This document shows positions 29,243-40,057 of a DNA stretch of 41,877 nucleotides, one piece after another; positions within the stretch are counted from its first letter, which is position 1, and every line of letters begins with the position of its first letter. Where the stretch lies: the NCBI GenBank assembly GCA_047629275.1, contig JBLHWR010000003.1:1-41877 (forward strand), in the 5' to 3' direction. The notes below the pieces were generated by a model. It did not search any database. It was not told the DNA's origin and worked only from the letters and a program-made list of their open reading frames with translations. Position numbers and translations under genes: made by a program. This DNA is from Gammaproteobacteria bacterium. Its GTDB lineage: Bacteria; Pseudomonadota; Gammaproteobacteria; GCA-001735895.

Positions 29243-29875
29243 TTATTTTAAATTTAAGAGTAATTGGCGAGCAAAAGGATTGCCTGCTTTAGACTCGTCC
29301 AAAGCCCACTGCCGCAAGTTTTGTATGCTATCGATGGCAGGTTGGTAACCGGTCAACGCTGCTTTTTGATACCATTTATAGGATTGAACAGGGTCTGCCT
29401 GATCAAGTAAGCTAATGTCTGCTCGAAACTGAGTCGGATCAGACATGATTGCCATTTGCATAATTGAGTCGAGGTGACCTTCTCTGGCGCTAAAAAAATA
29501 AAGTAGGTGCGCGTCAGCCAAACTGCCTTCTTCCTGGTAAATTTTCGCTTGATTAAAAATCTCAGACAAGTCATATGACTTGCCGACCTTTCGAATTTTT
29601 TGTATTATTTTCCTCGCTGCCATGCCCGGTGGAGTGGGTAGATTACGATCTATGGCACCATTGTTTTCTAATGAAGTTGACGATGAAAACAACGATTGTT
29701 CGGATCCAACTACTTTTTGATCTTCAGCCGGCTCTAAACTACTCATGCCAGAGTCAGAGTGCTCAGAACCCAATCCATTAGGACCATTTCTGTCAGAACC
29801 AAAAAAGATAAACAATATTAATCCGGCAACGGCCAGTCCGGTCCAGAATAATGGGTTGCGCTGCGGTGCTGTCAA
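29243..29875 (-). CDS. Membrane-anchored SEL1-like repeat protein
   Basis: N-terminal TM FWTGLAVAGLILFIFFG, Ser-rich linker, A..GH..S...MA...DP and A...SYKWYQKAA..G...A. Confidence 0.75.
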   Translation of the reverse strand: MTAPQRNPLFWTGLAVAGLILFIFFGSDRNGPNGLGSEHSDSGMSSLEPAEDQKVVGSEQSLFSSSTSLENNGAIDRNLPTPPGMAARKIIQKIRKVGKSYDLSEIFNQAKIYQEEGSLADAHLLYFFSAREGHLDSIMQMAIMSDPTQFRADISLLDQADPVQSYKWYQKAALTGYQPAIDSIQNLRQWALDESKAGNPFARQLLLNLK

Positions 29876-30025
29876 GATGGGTTCGCCCGAAGTAGATATT
29901 TGTATTTTAAAGTTTATTACTCAACTAGTTGAGCAATTGAGCCGTCGGCCAATCTAAGTTACTAACCTCAGTATAAACCTTTGTGATGACAGGGTAAATT
30001 TTGAATACGCTGTTTTTACGTTATT

Positions 30026-30514
30026 TCACAATCTTTTCAGCTGAAAAATTAACTGACTAAACAATGTTTGATCTAATGTCCTTTCAGCACTCGTCTTCTC
30101 TAATTCAGTTCCCAGCAAATTATTACTGTCTTGCTCTATATTAATTTGACGCTCTATTATTTTTATCTGCAATAGTGAGACATCTTCTGACCTTTTTACG
30201 CTATAACTGAGCCGTTTAGAAATCTGTACAATTGTTGTACCCGTTCCTGCACTGTCGGCAAGGTTACGGTCAGACAAACTAGTCATTTTAACCTTGAGTT
30301 GCACTGGGTCATTGGCGTCACTTAGCTGTAACTTTGCACCCGCTTTGACAAGCATCTGACTTAGTAGTCTGATTTGATCCGCATTAAGGCCGTCATCAAC
30401 CAATTGTAATTGAGTCATCGTCTCAGGTAAGCTAGATACTCCGCGTAGCTGAAAACCACAGGCAGAAACGAAGCCAACTAAGATCAGTATTGCAATAAAC
30501 TGAAGTTTTTTCAT
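30026..30514 (-). CDS. lptE: LPS assembly lipoprotein LptE
   Basis: Lipobox VSACGFQLRG; directly after leuS. Confidence 0.9.
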   Translation of the reverse strand: MKKLQFIAILILVGFVSACGFQLRGVSSLPETMTQLQLVDDGLNADQIRLLSQMLVKAGAKLQLSDANDPVQLKVKMTSLSDRNLADSAGTGTTIVQISKRLSYSVKRSEDVSLLQIKIIERQINIEQDSNNLLGTELEKTSAERTLDQTLFSQLIFQLKRL

Positions 30515-30539
30515 GTCACCCCCTAGGTCGTGCTTTGTC

Positions 30540-33005
30540 TCATATCACTATATTGACTAGTTTATTCGGTACAACTATCACTTTTCTAATGGCTTGGTCT
30601 CCAATGAACTTTCTAATTTGCTCATTGCCAACTGCCATCGCTTCACAACTGACTTTATCGGTGTCAGCGCTAACTTGAATTTTGGCACGAAGCTTACCAT
30701 TCACCTGAACCACCATTTCAATGCTTTCCTGGACCAGTGCTGTCTCATCTAGCTGTGGCCAGACTGCATCGAGGATAATGTCCTCATGTCCTAGCTCTTG
30801 CCATAGTTGATGGCATAAGTGTGGGATAATCGGGGCCAGCATCAATACCATATTATCATAAACTTCCTGTTTAATGTTATGGCCTATTAACGAGTCATCG
30901 TTAAATTTAACCACTGTATTAAGAAGCTCCATATTGGCAGCAATTGCGGTATTGAATGTCAATCGACGGCCATAGTCATCGCTGACTTTTTTTATAGTTT
31001 CGTGCAGTTTATACCGCATAGCCTTCTGAGCTTCGTTCAAGTCGGCACTTACCATCTTAATTAACTCTGCTTTATGTTCAGTGTGCTCGTAAATACCAGC
31101 CCATAAACGCTTTAAGAATCGGTGCGCACCTTCTACGCCAGCATCGGCCCATTCTAAAGATTGCTCAGGGGGTGCGGCGAACATGATAAACAAGCGCACT
31201 GTATCCGCACCAAATCGGTCAATTAATGCCTGTGGATCAACCGTATTTCCTTTCGACTTAGACATTTTACTGCCATCTTTTAATACCATGCCTTGTGTTA
31301 GTAATCGTTTAAAAGGCTCGTCCGAGTTGATTAATCCTTCGTCGCGCATCAACTTGTGGTAAAAACGAGCGTATAACAAATGTAGAATAGCGTGTTCGAT
31401 ACCGCCGATATAATAGTCAACCGGTGCCCAGTAATCAGCGCGAGCGTCGAGCATAGTTTGATCTTGACCAGGACAGGCATAGCGACTGTAATACCAAGAC
31501 GACTCCATAAAGGTATCAAAGGTATCAGTTTCACGCTCAGCAGGTTTTCCGCAACGAGGACAGGTTGTTTTTTTGAAGGAGTCCATCGATTTGATCGGTG
31601 ACCCTATACCCTGGAATTCGATATCTTCCGGTAACACGACTGGTAAATCTTTCTCTGGCACTGGTACGGGGCCGCAATCATTGCAGTTGATAATGGGTAT
31701 CGGTGTACCCCAGTAACGTTGGCGGGAGACGCCCCAGTCACGCAGTCGAAAGTTAACCTGACGCTTTCCTTTATTTTGTTGTTCTAGCTGATCGGCAATT
31801 TTATCAAATGCGGCTTTAAAATCGAGCCCGTCTAATTCACCCGAATTGCAGCAAACGCCTTCTTTGGTAATAAATGCTTCATGCTCAAGATCTACTTCAG
31901 CACTACCGGTTGACGTTCCATCGATAGGTGCAATGACTTGTTTGATTTCAATATTATATTTTCGAGCAAATTCCCAATCACGTTGATCGTGTGCGGGCAC
32001 AGACATAATCGCACCCGTGCCATAACCCATGAGCACAAAATTGGCGATCCATATCGGCATGGAGTCACCATTAACGGGATTAATCGCAATAATATCGAGA
32101 GCAATACCACGCTTTTCCATTTTTTCAAGTGCAGCTTCCGCTGTGTTGGTTGTTTTGCAATCAATGACAAACTCAGCAATATCAGCGTTTGTCTCAGCAG
32201 CTTTTAACGCCAACGGGTGCTCCGCTGCAATGGCCATGAAAGTCGCACCATGTAGAGTATCGGGCCGCGTGGTGTAAACGCTTAGCGCCTCGTGACCTGG
32301 CACCTCAAATTCAATTTCCATGCCTTCAGATCGACCAATCCAATTTCGTTGCATGGTCTTGACTTGTTCCGGCCAATCAACCGTATCCAAATCATCCAGA
32401 AGTTGGTCTGCATAATCAGTTATTTTTAAAAACCATTGCGATAGTTCGCGTCGCTCTACGGGCGTATCACAACGCCAGCAGCATCCATCAACTACCTGCT
32501 CATTAGCGAGTACAGTTTGGTCATGCGGACACCAATTGACTGGTGCCGTTTTTTTATAAGCGATACCTTTTTCCATTAGCCGTGTAAAAAACCATTGCTC
32601 CCAACGATAGTAGTCTGGCTTACAAGTCGCTAGCTCACGACTCCAGTCATAACCGAATCCAAGTCGCTTTAACTGGCTGCGCATGTAATCAATATTTTCG
32701 TAAGTCCACTTTGCCGGTGGAACATTGTTTTTTATCGCTGCGTTTTCTGCGGGTAGACCAAACGCATCCCAACCCATGGGTTGTAATACATTTTTTCCTA
32801 ACATGCGTTGGTAGCGAGAAATGACATCGCCTATGGTGTAGTTGCGGACATGCCCCATGTGGAGCTTTCCACTCGGATAGGGAAACATCGACAAGCAGTA
32901 GTAACTTTCTTTAGCAGGGTCTTCGTGCACTTCGAACTGACCTTCGTCAGACCATAATTTTTGAGCCTTTGCTTCGAGTAACTTGGGGTCGTATTGCTGA
33001 TCCAT
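30540..33005 (-). CDS. leuS: Leucine--tRNA ligase
   Basis: [13 protein letters not shown], editing-domain [20 protein letters not shown]. Confidence 0.98.
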   Translation of the reverse strand: MDQQYDPKLLEAKAQKLWSDEGQFEVHEDPAKESYYCLSMFPYPSGKLHMGHVRNYTIGDVISRYQRMLGKNVLQPMGWDAFGLPAENAAIKNNVPPAKWTYENIDYMRSQLKRLGFGYDWSRELATCKPDYYRWEQWFFTRLMEKGIAYKKTAPVNWCPHDQTVLANEQVVDGCCWRCDTPVERRELSQWFLKITDYADQLLDDLDTVDWPEQVKTMQRNWIGRSEGMEIEFEVPGHEALSVYTTRPDTLHGATFMAIAAEHPLALKAAETNADIAEFVIDCKTTNTAEAALEKMEKRGIALDIIAINPVNGDSMPIWIANFVLMGYGTGAIMSVPAHDQRDWEFARKYNIEIKQVIAPIDGTSTGSAEVDLEHEAFITKEGVCCNSGELDGLDFKAAFDKIADQLEQQNKGKRQVNFRLRDWGVSRQRYWGTPIPIINCNDCGPVPVPEKDLPVVLPEDIEFQGIGSPIKSMDSFKKTTCPRCGKPAERETDTFDTFMESSWYYSRYACPGQDQTMLDARADYWAPVDYYIGGIEHAILHLLYARFYHKLMRDEGLINSDEPFKRLLTQGMVLKDGSKMSKSKGNTVDPQALIDRFGADTVRLFIMFAAPPEQSLEWADAGVEGAHRFLKRLWAGIYEHTEHKAELIKMVSADLNEAQKAMRYKLHETIKKVSDDYGRRLTFNTAIAANMELLNTVVKFNDDSLIGHNIKQEVYDNMVLMLAPIIPHLCHQLWQELGHEDIILDAVWPQLDETALVQESIEMVVQVNGKLRAKIQVSADTDKVSCEAMAVGNEQIRKFIGDQAIRKVIVVPNKLVNIVI

Positions 33006-33100
33006 AAGGGTATTTTCGTTGGGTACTTTTAGAGTAGGGTCTTTGAATATTCGTTTATTAAAACAGGGATAGGATACCTGACCGCACGGTTAACTGGAAC

Positions 33101-34654
33101 CTATATAGCGGTTTTTTCATGACGCGTTTTAAACCAACCGGCCGACAGAATGATCAATATTAAACCCGCAATCCAACCCTGTACTTTAGCAAAGTAATAG
33201 AAGGGCGTTATGCCAGTTCGACCGTTCATTGTTTGGGTTATTGATAGAGTTTTGAATTGCTCTGTCTGCTGGATAATTCGGCCCTTGAAATCGATAAATG
33301 CACTGACACCCGTGTTGGTTGATCGCACCATCGCCCTGCCCGTTTCAAGCGATCTCATTTGTGCCATTTGTAGATGTTGATGTGGCGCCAGTGAATCACC
33401 AAACCAGGCATCATTACTGGCATTCACCAAAAGGTTAGCCTGTGGGATCGACAACATAATGTCGCGGCTAAAAGCGTCTTCAAAACAAATAGAAATGCCT
33501 AAAAACAAGCCTTTCACCTTCATTAATGGTTGCTCGTCTGGGCCTGGCTGGAGATCAGAATATGGGATATTGATCAACTGACTCATCAAGTCCAGTAACC
33601 AGCGCATGGGATAGTATTCGCCAAACAAAACTAGGTGGCGTTTGTGATAAACCCCTTCATTTTCGCCCAAGTCGCCTCCCAAAATCATCATACTATTATG
33701 GAATTTTCGGTTGGCCTTGTCCGACATCAGCAGCCCTGTCAGGATATAACTATCTTTCGCTGCCGCTTCTTTTGAAAGGAAACTTAGAGTGTTTTGCTTA
33801 ACATTTTCAAATTGACCTGGAAGGGCCGTCTCTGGCCAGACTATGAGGTCACTGTTCCAATGTTTGTCTGTTTCATTCCAATAGGTATTGAAAATATTCT
33901 GGCGTTGAGCGGATTGCCACTTCATTTCCTGAGGTATGTTGCCCTGCACTATCGTGACATCGAGGGATTTTGACTGTTGCTCGGTCCATTCTACATGCTG
34001 CAAGCCAGAGCCAAGCGAATACACCAGCAACAGCACGACAAGAGAAACCAAACGATACGATTTGTAGTGAACCAGCTGGATCAAAGCGACCGAGACCAAT
34101 ATACCGATGGCGCTCAAACCGTAAACGCCGATTAATGGCGCGAATCCTGCCAGCGGGGATTCACCCAATGCAAAACCTAGACTTAACCAAGGCATACCCG
34201 TTAAGAACCAGCCACGAAACCATTCGAAGGCGAACCAAAGGATGGGCACTAACCAGATCGACTGATGACCTATTCTACGTTGTATCGATTGCCAAGAGAG
34301 CAGTGTTAACGCTGGGAAAACAGACAGCGTTACGACCATCAATGCAGTAATGGCGCCTGCGACAATAGGTGGTGCCATTCCAAAGTCATGCAGGCTGTTA
34401 TATATCCAATAAACGCCAAAACCAAAGTAGCCTAAACCGAAACCAAATCCAGTCAGAAATACCTGCTTATTGGTATCCCTCGAGTTGGCCAACACAAGCA
34501 AAACTGCGGGCAAGATAATGACCAAAGGCCAAATTGCAAAAGGGGCAAAGGCCAATGGCAAAAAAGCGCCCAGTAAGACACAAAACAAGAGCAACAATGG
34601 AAAAGGCAGACTCGTCAGAAAAACAGACAATCGGGTGCTAGCTACGGTCATCAA
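33101..34654 (-). CDS. lnt: Apolipoprotein N-acyltransferase
   Basis: QGNIPQ, VWPETA, YHKRHLVLFGEY, ICFE, NDAWFG, RSTNTGVS. Confidence 0.95.
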   Translation of the reverse strand: MMTVASTRLSVFLTSLPFPLLLLFCVLLGAFLPLAFAPFAIWPLVIILPAVLLVLANSRDTNKQVFLTGFGFGLGYFGFGVYWIYNSLHDFGMAPPIVAGAITALMVVTLSVFPALTLLSWQSIQRRIGHQSIWLVPILWFAFEWFRGWFLTGMPWLSLGFALGESPLAGFAPLIGVYGLSAIGILVSVALIQLVHYKSYRLVSLVVLLLVYSLGSGLQHVEWTEQQSKSLDVTIVQGNIPQEMKWQSAQRQNIFNTYWNETDKHWNSDLIVWPETALPGQFENVKQNTLSFLSKEAAAKDSYILTGLLMSDKANRKFHNSMMILGGDLGENEGVYHKRHLVLFGEYYPMRWLLDLMSQLINIPYSDLQPGPDEQPLMKVKGLFLGISICFEDAFSRDIMLSIPQANLLVNASNDAWFGDSLAPHQHLQMAQMRSLETGRAMVRSTNTGVSAFIDFKGRIIQQTEQFKTLSITQTMNGRTGITPFYYFAKVQGWIAGLILIILSAGWFKTRHEKTAI

Positions 34655-35477
34655 TGACCTGATATAAATGCACCTGGCGGCTATCAGCCTCTAACACTTT
34701 AAAGGTAAACTGATCGAGTGTAATCACCTCGCCTCTATCAGGTAAATGTCCGATATGACCGAGTAGGTAACCACCCAGAGTTTCGACATCCTCATTCACA
34801 AACTCAGTTTTGAAATAAGCGTTGAAATCAGCTAATGGCGTTAAGGCCCTGACGCTATATCGATGTGCTCCGTGAGGCTGAATATCAAGCTCATCATCGT
34901 CATCATCATGCTCATCGTCAATTTTCCCAACGATTCGCTCCAATACATCTTCGATAGTCACGAGTCCAGAAACACCGCCATACTCATCGACTATCATAGC
35001 CATATGACTCCGATTGACGCGAAATTCTTTGAGCAAAACATTTAAACGCTTACTTTCAGGGATAAATGACGCTGAACGAATATAGTCATTAATTTCGAAT
35101 TGCTCTGGCTTTTCAACCGAGAGTTGTAGTAAGTCTTTAGCGAGTAAAATGCCAACCACATCATCTTTGTCATCATCGATAACAGGAAAGCGGGAGTGGC
35201 CAGATTCTGTTATTTTTTCGATAATAGTAGCAAACGAATCATCATGGTCGAGGACAACCATCTGACCTCGGGGAATCATGATATCTCGAGCTTGCATGTC
35301 TGAAACCTGTAAAACACCTTCAATCATGAATAGTTCTTCAGCACCAATTAATTGATCAGCCTGCAGATTTTTTAACAGATCCAGTAACTGTTTTTGAGTT
35401 TGGGGTTCACTGGTAAATGCATTCGAAATGCGTTCCAGCCAACCCTTAGTCGACCCGCTGTTATCAGCGCCTGTCAT
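34638..35477 (-). CDS. corC: CBS/CorC-HlyC domain Mg/Co efflux protein (YbeX)
   Basis: RDIMIPRGQM, HSRFPV, GILLAKDLL, VDEYGGVSGLVTIED. Confidence 0.93.
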   Translation of the reverse strand: MTGADNSGSTKGWLERISNAFTSEPQTQKQLLDLLKNLQADQLIGAEELFMIEGVLQVSDMQARDIMIPRGQMVVLDHDDSFATIIEKITESGHSRFPVIDDDKDDVVGILLAKDLLQLSVEKPEQFEINDYIRSASFIPESKRLNVLLKEFRVNRSHMAMIVDEYGGVSGLVTIEDVLERIVGKIDDEHDDDDDELDIQPHGAHRYSVRALTPLADFNAYFKTEFVNEDVETLGGYLLGHIGHLPDRGEVITLDQFTFKVLEADSRQVHLYQVIDDRS

Positions 35478-35500
35478 TACGGCTCCTAAAGAAGTAAAAC

Positions 35501-35968
35501 TTACAATTCATTGTAAGGACTATTATAACCTAGAGTAGATAAAATTTTAATTTCTAATGCTTCCATTTCGTGAGCTTCGTCATCATGTTGATGGTCAAAC
35601 CCCTGTAAATGGAGCATACCGTGAACCACCATATGAGCCCAATGAGCATCACAAGCTTTACCTTGCAACAAGGCCTCAGACTCAACCACTGCTACACAAA
35701 TCACCAGGTCACCCAGACAATTGTATTCAAGATAGTCGTCGTCTGATGGAAAAGAAAGCACATTAGTCGATTTATCCTTACTTCGAAACTGTCTATTTAG
35801 TTCCTGACTCTCTGATTCAGAAACAACGCGTATGGTTTGCTCTAAGTTTGCAAATGGCTGCAGAAGAGATGACTCAACCCACTGCAGGAACTGATCAATA
35901 GAGGGTATAGATTCAAACTTGTCATCATTTTGTAGATCGACATTAACCATGGTTTTCGAGCGTATCAA
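35501..35968 (-). CDS. ybeY: rRNA maturation RNase YbeY
   Basis: LN..FR.KDK.TNVLSFP, HMVVHGMLHLQGFDH. Start may be ATG 35950. Confidence 0.95.
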   Translation of the reverse strand: MIRSKTMVNVDLQNDDKFESIPSIDQFLQWVESSLLQPFANLEQTIRVVSESESQELNRQFRSKDKSTNVLSFPSDDDYLEYNCLGDLVICVAVVESEALLQGKACDAHWAHMVVHGMLHLQGFDHQHDDEAHEMEALEIKILSTLGYNSPYNEL

Positions 35969-35974
35969 TCGACA

Positions 35975-36910
35975 CTATTTTTCGTAATCATCATAAGCTT
36001 CGACAATATTTTGCACCAGTGGGTGACGAACCACATCACCTGAAGTGAAATTGACGATGCCAATTGCTTCAATTTTTTTCAAAATATTAAGGCTGTGGCT
36101 TAAACCAGAACTTTGATTGGCCGGTAAATCAATTTGCGTAATATCACCAGTGACAACCGCCTTGGTTCCAAAACCAATTCGAGTCAGGAACATCTTCATT
36201 TGCATTGGTGTTGTATTTTGCGCTTCATCCAAAATTACAAAGGCATTATTCAAGGTTCGCCCTCGCATATAAGCCAGCGGAGCAACTTCGATTATATGAC
36301 GAGATATTAACTTTTCGACCTTGTCGAATCCGAGCATTTCATAAAGTGCGTCATAAACAGGGCGCAGATAGGGGTCGACTTTTTGTGACAAATCACCAGG
36401 TAAAAAACCTAGTTTTTCGCCAGCTTCCACAGCTGGTCGAGTTAAAATTAACCGAGCAACCTCTTCATTTTCTAGGGCCTGAACGGCTTTGGCAACTGCT
36501 AAATAAGTCTTTCCTGTACCGGCTGGACCGACACCAAAGTTAATCACTTTTTTCGAAATGCTCTCCATATACTGACTTTGAAGCTCAGTTTTAGGTCGGA
36601 TGAACTTTTTCTTTAATTTGACTGTTTGCGCATCAAAATTTTCAAGCTCTTCTTGATTCGGTGCATTTAAAACACTATCAATTTCATCGATTGACAACGC
36701 ATGATCGACGGTCATTGCAATTAACTGTTCTATTGATTTAATTGCACGCGGTAAAATAGCTTCTTTTGAGCTTACCGAAAGCTTTCCATCCTTAACACTT
36801 AACTTAAGATAAAGCTGAGCTTCAATGCGCTTTAGGTTTTGATTCAAGGGACCACAAAAGTTAACGAGCTGAGTGGTTTCAAGAAAACTAAAATTGATTA
36901 CTTTTTTTAT
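35975..36910 (-). CDS. phoH: PhoH-like ATPase (YbeZ)
   Basis: GPAGTGKTYLAV, RPAVEAGEKLGFLPGD, AYMRGRT, DEAQN, VVRHPLV. Homology extends upstream of TTG 36847; start placed at ATA 36910 by inference. Confidence 0.92.
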   Translation of the reverse strand: MKKVINFSFLETTQLVNFCGPLNQNLKRIEAQLYLKLSVKDGKLSVSSKEAILPRAIKSIEQLIAMTVDHALSIDEIDSVLNAPNQEELENFDAQTVKLKKKFIRPKTELQSQYMESISKKVINFGVGPAGTGKTYLAVAKAVQALENEEVARLILTRPAVEAGEKLGFLPGDLSQKVDPYLRPVYDALYEMLGFDKVEKLISRHIIEVAPLAYMRGRTLNNAFVILDEAQNTTPMQMKMFLTRIGFGTKAVVTGDITQIDLPANQSSGLSHSLNILKKIEAIGIVNFTSGDVVRHPLVQNIVEAYDDYEK

Positions 36911-37908
36911 TGTTTGGCCTTTTCTGCTAGACGTTCGATTACTTTGGCGCGGAACATTGCAATTAAGGTAAAAGCAAAGGCAAGAAATAATGACAATAAT
37001 ATGACGATAAAATAGAGCACGCTCTTAGATCGATTAATGGGTTCACGTGAGACTTCCGACTGAGTGATAATATTTGACAATTCATTCTGAAATTTGTCCT
37101 TAAGTTCCAGAAGTGTTCTCTCGCCCTTTTCACTTTTTGCCATATACTGATTGTAGTAAACAGTCACACTTTTCACTAAAGATATTTTCTGATCAATTAA
37201 GATCCCAGCTTCCTGATTAATTAACATCATTCGTGCCAACGCTTCCGGATCAGTTTTAGACTGCTCCTGAACTTTTTTATCAGTCAGACTTTTAATTGTA
37301 TTGTCCAGTTGGTTAATACTAGTCGTTAATTCAGAATGAAATTTCTTCATATATGCGTCAAGAGCAAGAGGCTCAAGGCTAAATTTCTCTTCTATTACTA
37401 TTTGTTTTCGTAAATCCGAATTGCGTTTAAACAAAAGGTCCTGATGCGCATTAATGATTCTAGCACCAAGTCTGGAGTGAAAATCACTATATACGTCTAC
37501 TTGATTTTTAAGTACTTTACTCTCGATTACAATCAAGTTTGTCCCTTTAGGATTTGAAACATCAGCCTTAAAACTTGCCCGAATGTTAGCCTTTAACGCA
37601 GCTCTTGCCATCTCAGGGAGAATCAAAGAGTTAATTCTGCTTATAACCAACTCGGGAGATTCAATTGGAGTAAGATTATAGTCCGCTATTTTCAACGTAG
37701 TAGTCATCGTATATTTTGGCGTACTGAGCAATGTTACTGCAGATATCCCCACCATTATTGAAAAAATGAATGACCATAAGTACACTTTTTTAAATTTGAG
37801 CAATGCAATCCACAAATCTACCAAACTGATTTCATCCTGTTGCTCATAGGTATTAATATATTGTGGATATATTGCTTGCACATCTTTTGTCCCGCTTTCC
37901 TGATTCAT
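36907..37908 (-). CDS. Wzz/FepE-type polysaccharide chain-length determinant
   Basis: [12 protein letters not shown]1, P.Y...T.L, central coiled coil, C-terminal TM. Confidence 0.78.
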   Translation of the reverse strand: MNQESGTKDVQAIYPQYINTYEQQDEISLVDLWIALLKFKKVYLWSFIFSIMVGISAVTLLSTPKYTMTTTLKIADYNLTPIESPELVISRINSLILPEMARAALKANIRASFKADVSNPKGTNLIVIESKVLKNQVDVYSDFHSRLGARIINAHQDLLFKRNSDLRKQIVIEEKFSLEPLALDAYMKKFHSELTTSINQLDNTIKSLTDKKVQEQSKTDPEALARMMLINQEAGILIDQKISLVKSVTVYYNQYMAKSEKGERTLLELKDKFQNELSNIITQSEVSREPINRSKSVLYFIVILLSLFLAFAFTLIAMFRAKVIERLAEKAKQ

Positions 37909-39233
37909 GCAGCTATTATTTCACCTCGTAACGAATTGTTGAGTGCAGCCGTTATCGTGACATCAATAAATTGGCCTGGTTTGATTTCTGTACCGGCAAA
38001 GTTTACCACCCGATTATTTTCAGTTCGTCCTTGCATCTCTTCCTCACTTTTACGAGAAGTACCCTCTACCAATATTCTTTGCCGCGTTCCAACCATCTTT
38101 CTCGATATCTGACTTGCCTGCATTAATATTCTATCCTGCAATGCTTTTAACCGCGTTTTCTTTATGTCCATTGTAATATCGTCTGGAAGAAAAGCGGCAG
38201 GGGTACCGGGCCTTTGACTATAAATAAAGCTAAACGAAGTATCAAATCCTACGTCATCAATTAGTTTCATTGTCGCTTGAAAATCAGCTTCAGTTTCACC
38301 CGGAAAACCAATAATAAAGTCAGATGACAAACTTAAACTAGGCCTGATTTCACGTAACTTACGGATTTTATGCTTGTACTCCATCGCAGTGTGACCTCTC
38401 TTCATCATCATTAATACTCGATCAGAGCCACTCTGTATTGGCAAATGGAGATGACTCACCAGTTCAGGCACTGTCGCATAAGCTTCAATCAGGCTGTCTG
38501 AGAATTCAACCGGATGTGAGGTAGTAAAACGAATTCGTTCTATACCATCGATAGCGGCAACATAATGAATTAACAACGCCAAATCAGAATATTCGCCATC
38601 ATCCATCAACCCACGATAGGCATTGACGTTTTGACCTAATAAATTCACTTCTCTGACGCCTTGAGCAGCTAAAGCTGAAATCTCAACCAAAACACCTTCA
38701 AGCGGCCGACTAATTTCTTCTCCTCGGGTATAAGGCACAACACAAAAGGAGCAGTATTTACTGCAACCTTCCATAATGGAAACAAAAGCTTTAACACCAT
38801 CTGACTTTGGCGTGGGCAAATGATCAAACTTTTCAATTTCAGGAAAGCTAACGTCAACTTGAGGTTTTCCGGATGAGCGCGATTCAGCCAGCATTGACGG
38901 CAGCCGATGTAATGTTTGTGGGCCAAAAACCAAATCAACGAATGGTGCGCGGGTTCTTATCGCAGCGCCTTCCTGACTGGCAACACAACCACCAACGCCA
39001 ATAACAATATTAGGGTTTTTATCCTTTAATTTGCGCCATCGACCCAATTGTGAAAACACCTTTTCTTGTGCCTTTTCACGAATAGAGCAGGTATTAAGTA
39101 ACAATACCTCAGCATCGTTCTCGTTATCAGTAACAGAAAGTTGGCAATCACGACCAAGCACATCCAGCATTTTAGCTGAATCATACTCATTCATCTGACA
39201 ACCGTGAGTTTTGATGAAGACTTTTCCGCCCAT
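37905..39233 (-). CDS. miaB: tRNA-2-methylthio-N6-dimethylallyladenosine synthase
   Basis: [18 protein letters not shown], radical [15 protein letters not shown] domain. Confidence 0.98.
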   Translation of the reverse strand: MGGKVFIKTHGCQMNEYDSAKMLDVLGRDCQLSVTDNENDAEVLLLNTCSIREKAQEKVFSQLGRWRKLKDKNPNIVIGVGGCVASQEGAAIRTRAPFVDLVFGPQTLHRLPSMLAESRSSGKPQVDVSFPEIEKFDHLPTPKSDGVKAFVSIMEGCSKYCSFCVVPYTRGEEISRPLEGVLVEISALAAQGVREVNLLGQNVNAYRGLMDDGEYSDLALLIHYVAAIDGIERIRFTTSHPVEFSDSLIEAYATVPELVSHLHLPIQSGSDRVLMMMKRGHTAMEYKHKIRKLREIRPSLSLSSDFIIGFPGETEADFQATMKLIDDVGFDTSFSFIYSQRPGTPAAFLPDDITMDIKKTRLKALQDRILMQASQISRKMVGTRQRILVEGTSRKSEEEMQGRTENNRVVNFAGTEIKPGQFIDVTITAALNNSLRGEIIAA

Positions 39234-39369
39234 ACCACGCCTTGATTACAAAAAGAATCGCAAGATACACTGTAAGAATGATTTGTTCCAGACTTACAAC
39301 CACTATTAAAATTAAGCCTTCATCATAATGATAAAATTAATCAATTTCATCCAGTCTAGGATAGAAACC

Positions 39370-39990
39370 CTAAGGTCCTCTAAACTGTTCAATAAAGGAA
39401 ACTATTTTCGTACTTTCGATACCCTGTAAATTGAAAATAACATCGGTTATTACCCATCTTAGGCCATCAAAGGTAAACACAAATTTATATTCACGCCCGT
39501 CTTGATCATAACTCATCGTCTCGATCGAATTAAAAGACACAAAACGCCAATGTCTAAAGTTGATGAATTGTTCTGACTGCAGCTGAGTCAGATATTTTTT
39601 GGTCTTTGATATCTTGCTATTTTCATTGTTATCTTGAGCCAGCAACTGGAACAGTTTAGAAGTTCCTTCTCTGGTGATATAAGAATCAATATAGTCTTCT
39701 ATTATTTTAATCGCTAGCGTCATTTCCAAAAAACCTACCGGCTTTTCATTCCCACTTTCACCTTGATAAGTGTTTGCCTCACTCAGTATTTCAATCTTTA
39801 ACTGCTGTTTAATACTAGATTGTACTGCTTCATAATCAATATACTGATCAAGTTTATCAATGCTTTTTTGTTGAACAGCATGCTTAAAAGCCTCTGCCGA
39901 TGCACCCGTTGAATATAAAAAATAAGTAAGGTAAACCAGCAATAGATAAAAAAATCCACCGAGTGTTAGCGCACGTCTCATATCTGACAC
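39370..39990 (-). CDS. DUF2939-like membrane-anchored protein
   Basis: N-terminal TM, then A....D.L..YIDY..VQ.SIKQQL and C-terminal F...GLRW.ITD. Confidence 0.7.
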   Translation of the reverse strand: MSDMRRALTLGGFFYLLLVYLTYFLYSTGASAEAFKHAVQQKSIDKLDQYIDYEAVQSSIKQQLKIEILSEANTYQGESGNEKPVGFLEMTLAIKIIEDYIDSYITREGTSKLFQLLAQDNNENSKISKTKKYLTQLQSEQFINFRHWRFVSFNSIETMSYDQDGREYKFVFTFDGLRWVITDVIFNLQGIESTKIVSFIEQFRGP

Positions 39991-40057
39991 TCACAACAAG
40001 ACCTGGTTTGAGTAGACAAAGTACTATCCAAAAGCACACCCTGAGGTAAGTAATTAA

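Noticed and set aside
25165-29875. Calling this a T6SS locus or an autonomous mobile element
   Set aside because: No structural tss/hcp/vgrG genes and no integrase, transposase or terminal inverted repeats are visible.
34888-34920. GAT/GAC-rich run in corC
   Set aside because: It encodes the normal acidic linker (DDEHDDDDDE) between the CBS and CorC domains.
39271-39298. TGTAAG...CTTACA upstream of miaB as a GacA box
   Set aside because: The spacer is 16 bp rather than 6; only the half-sites match.
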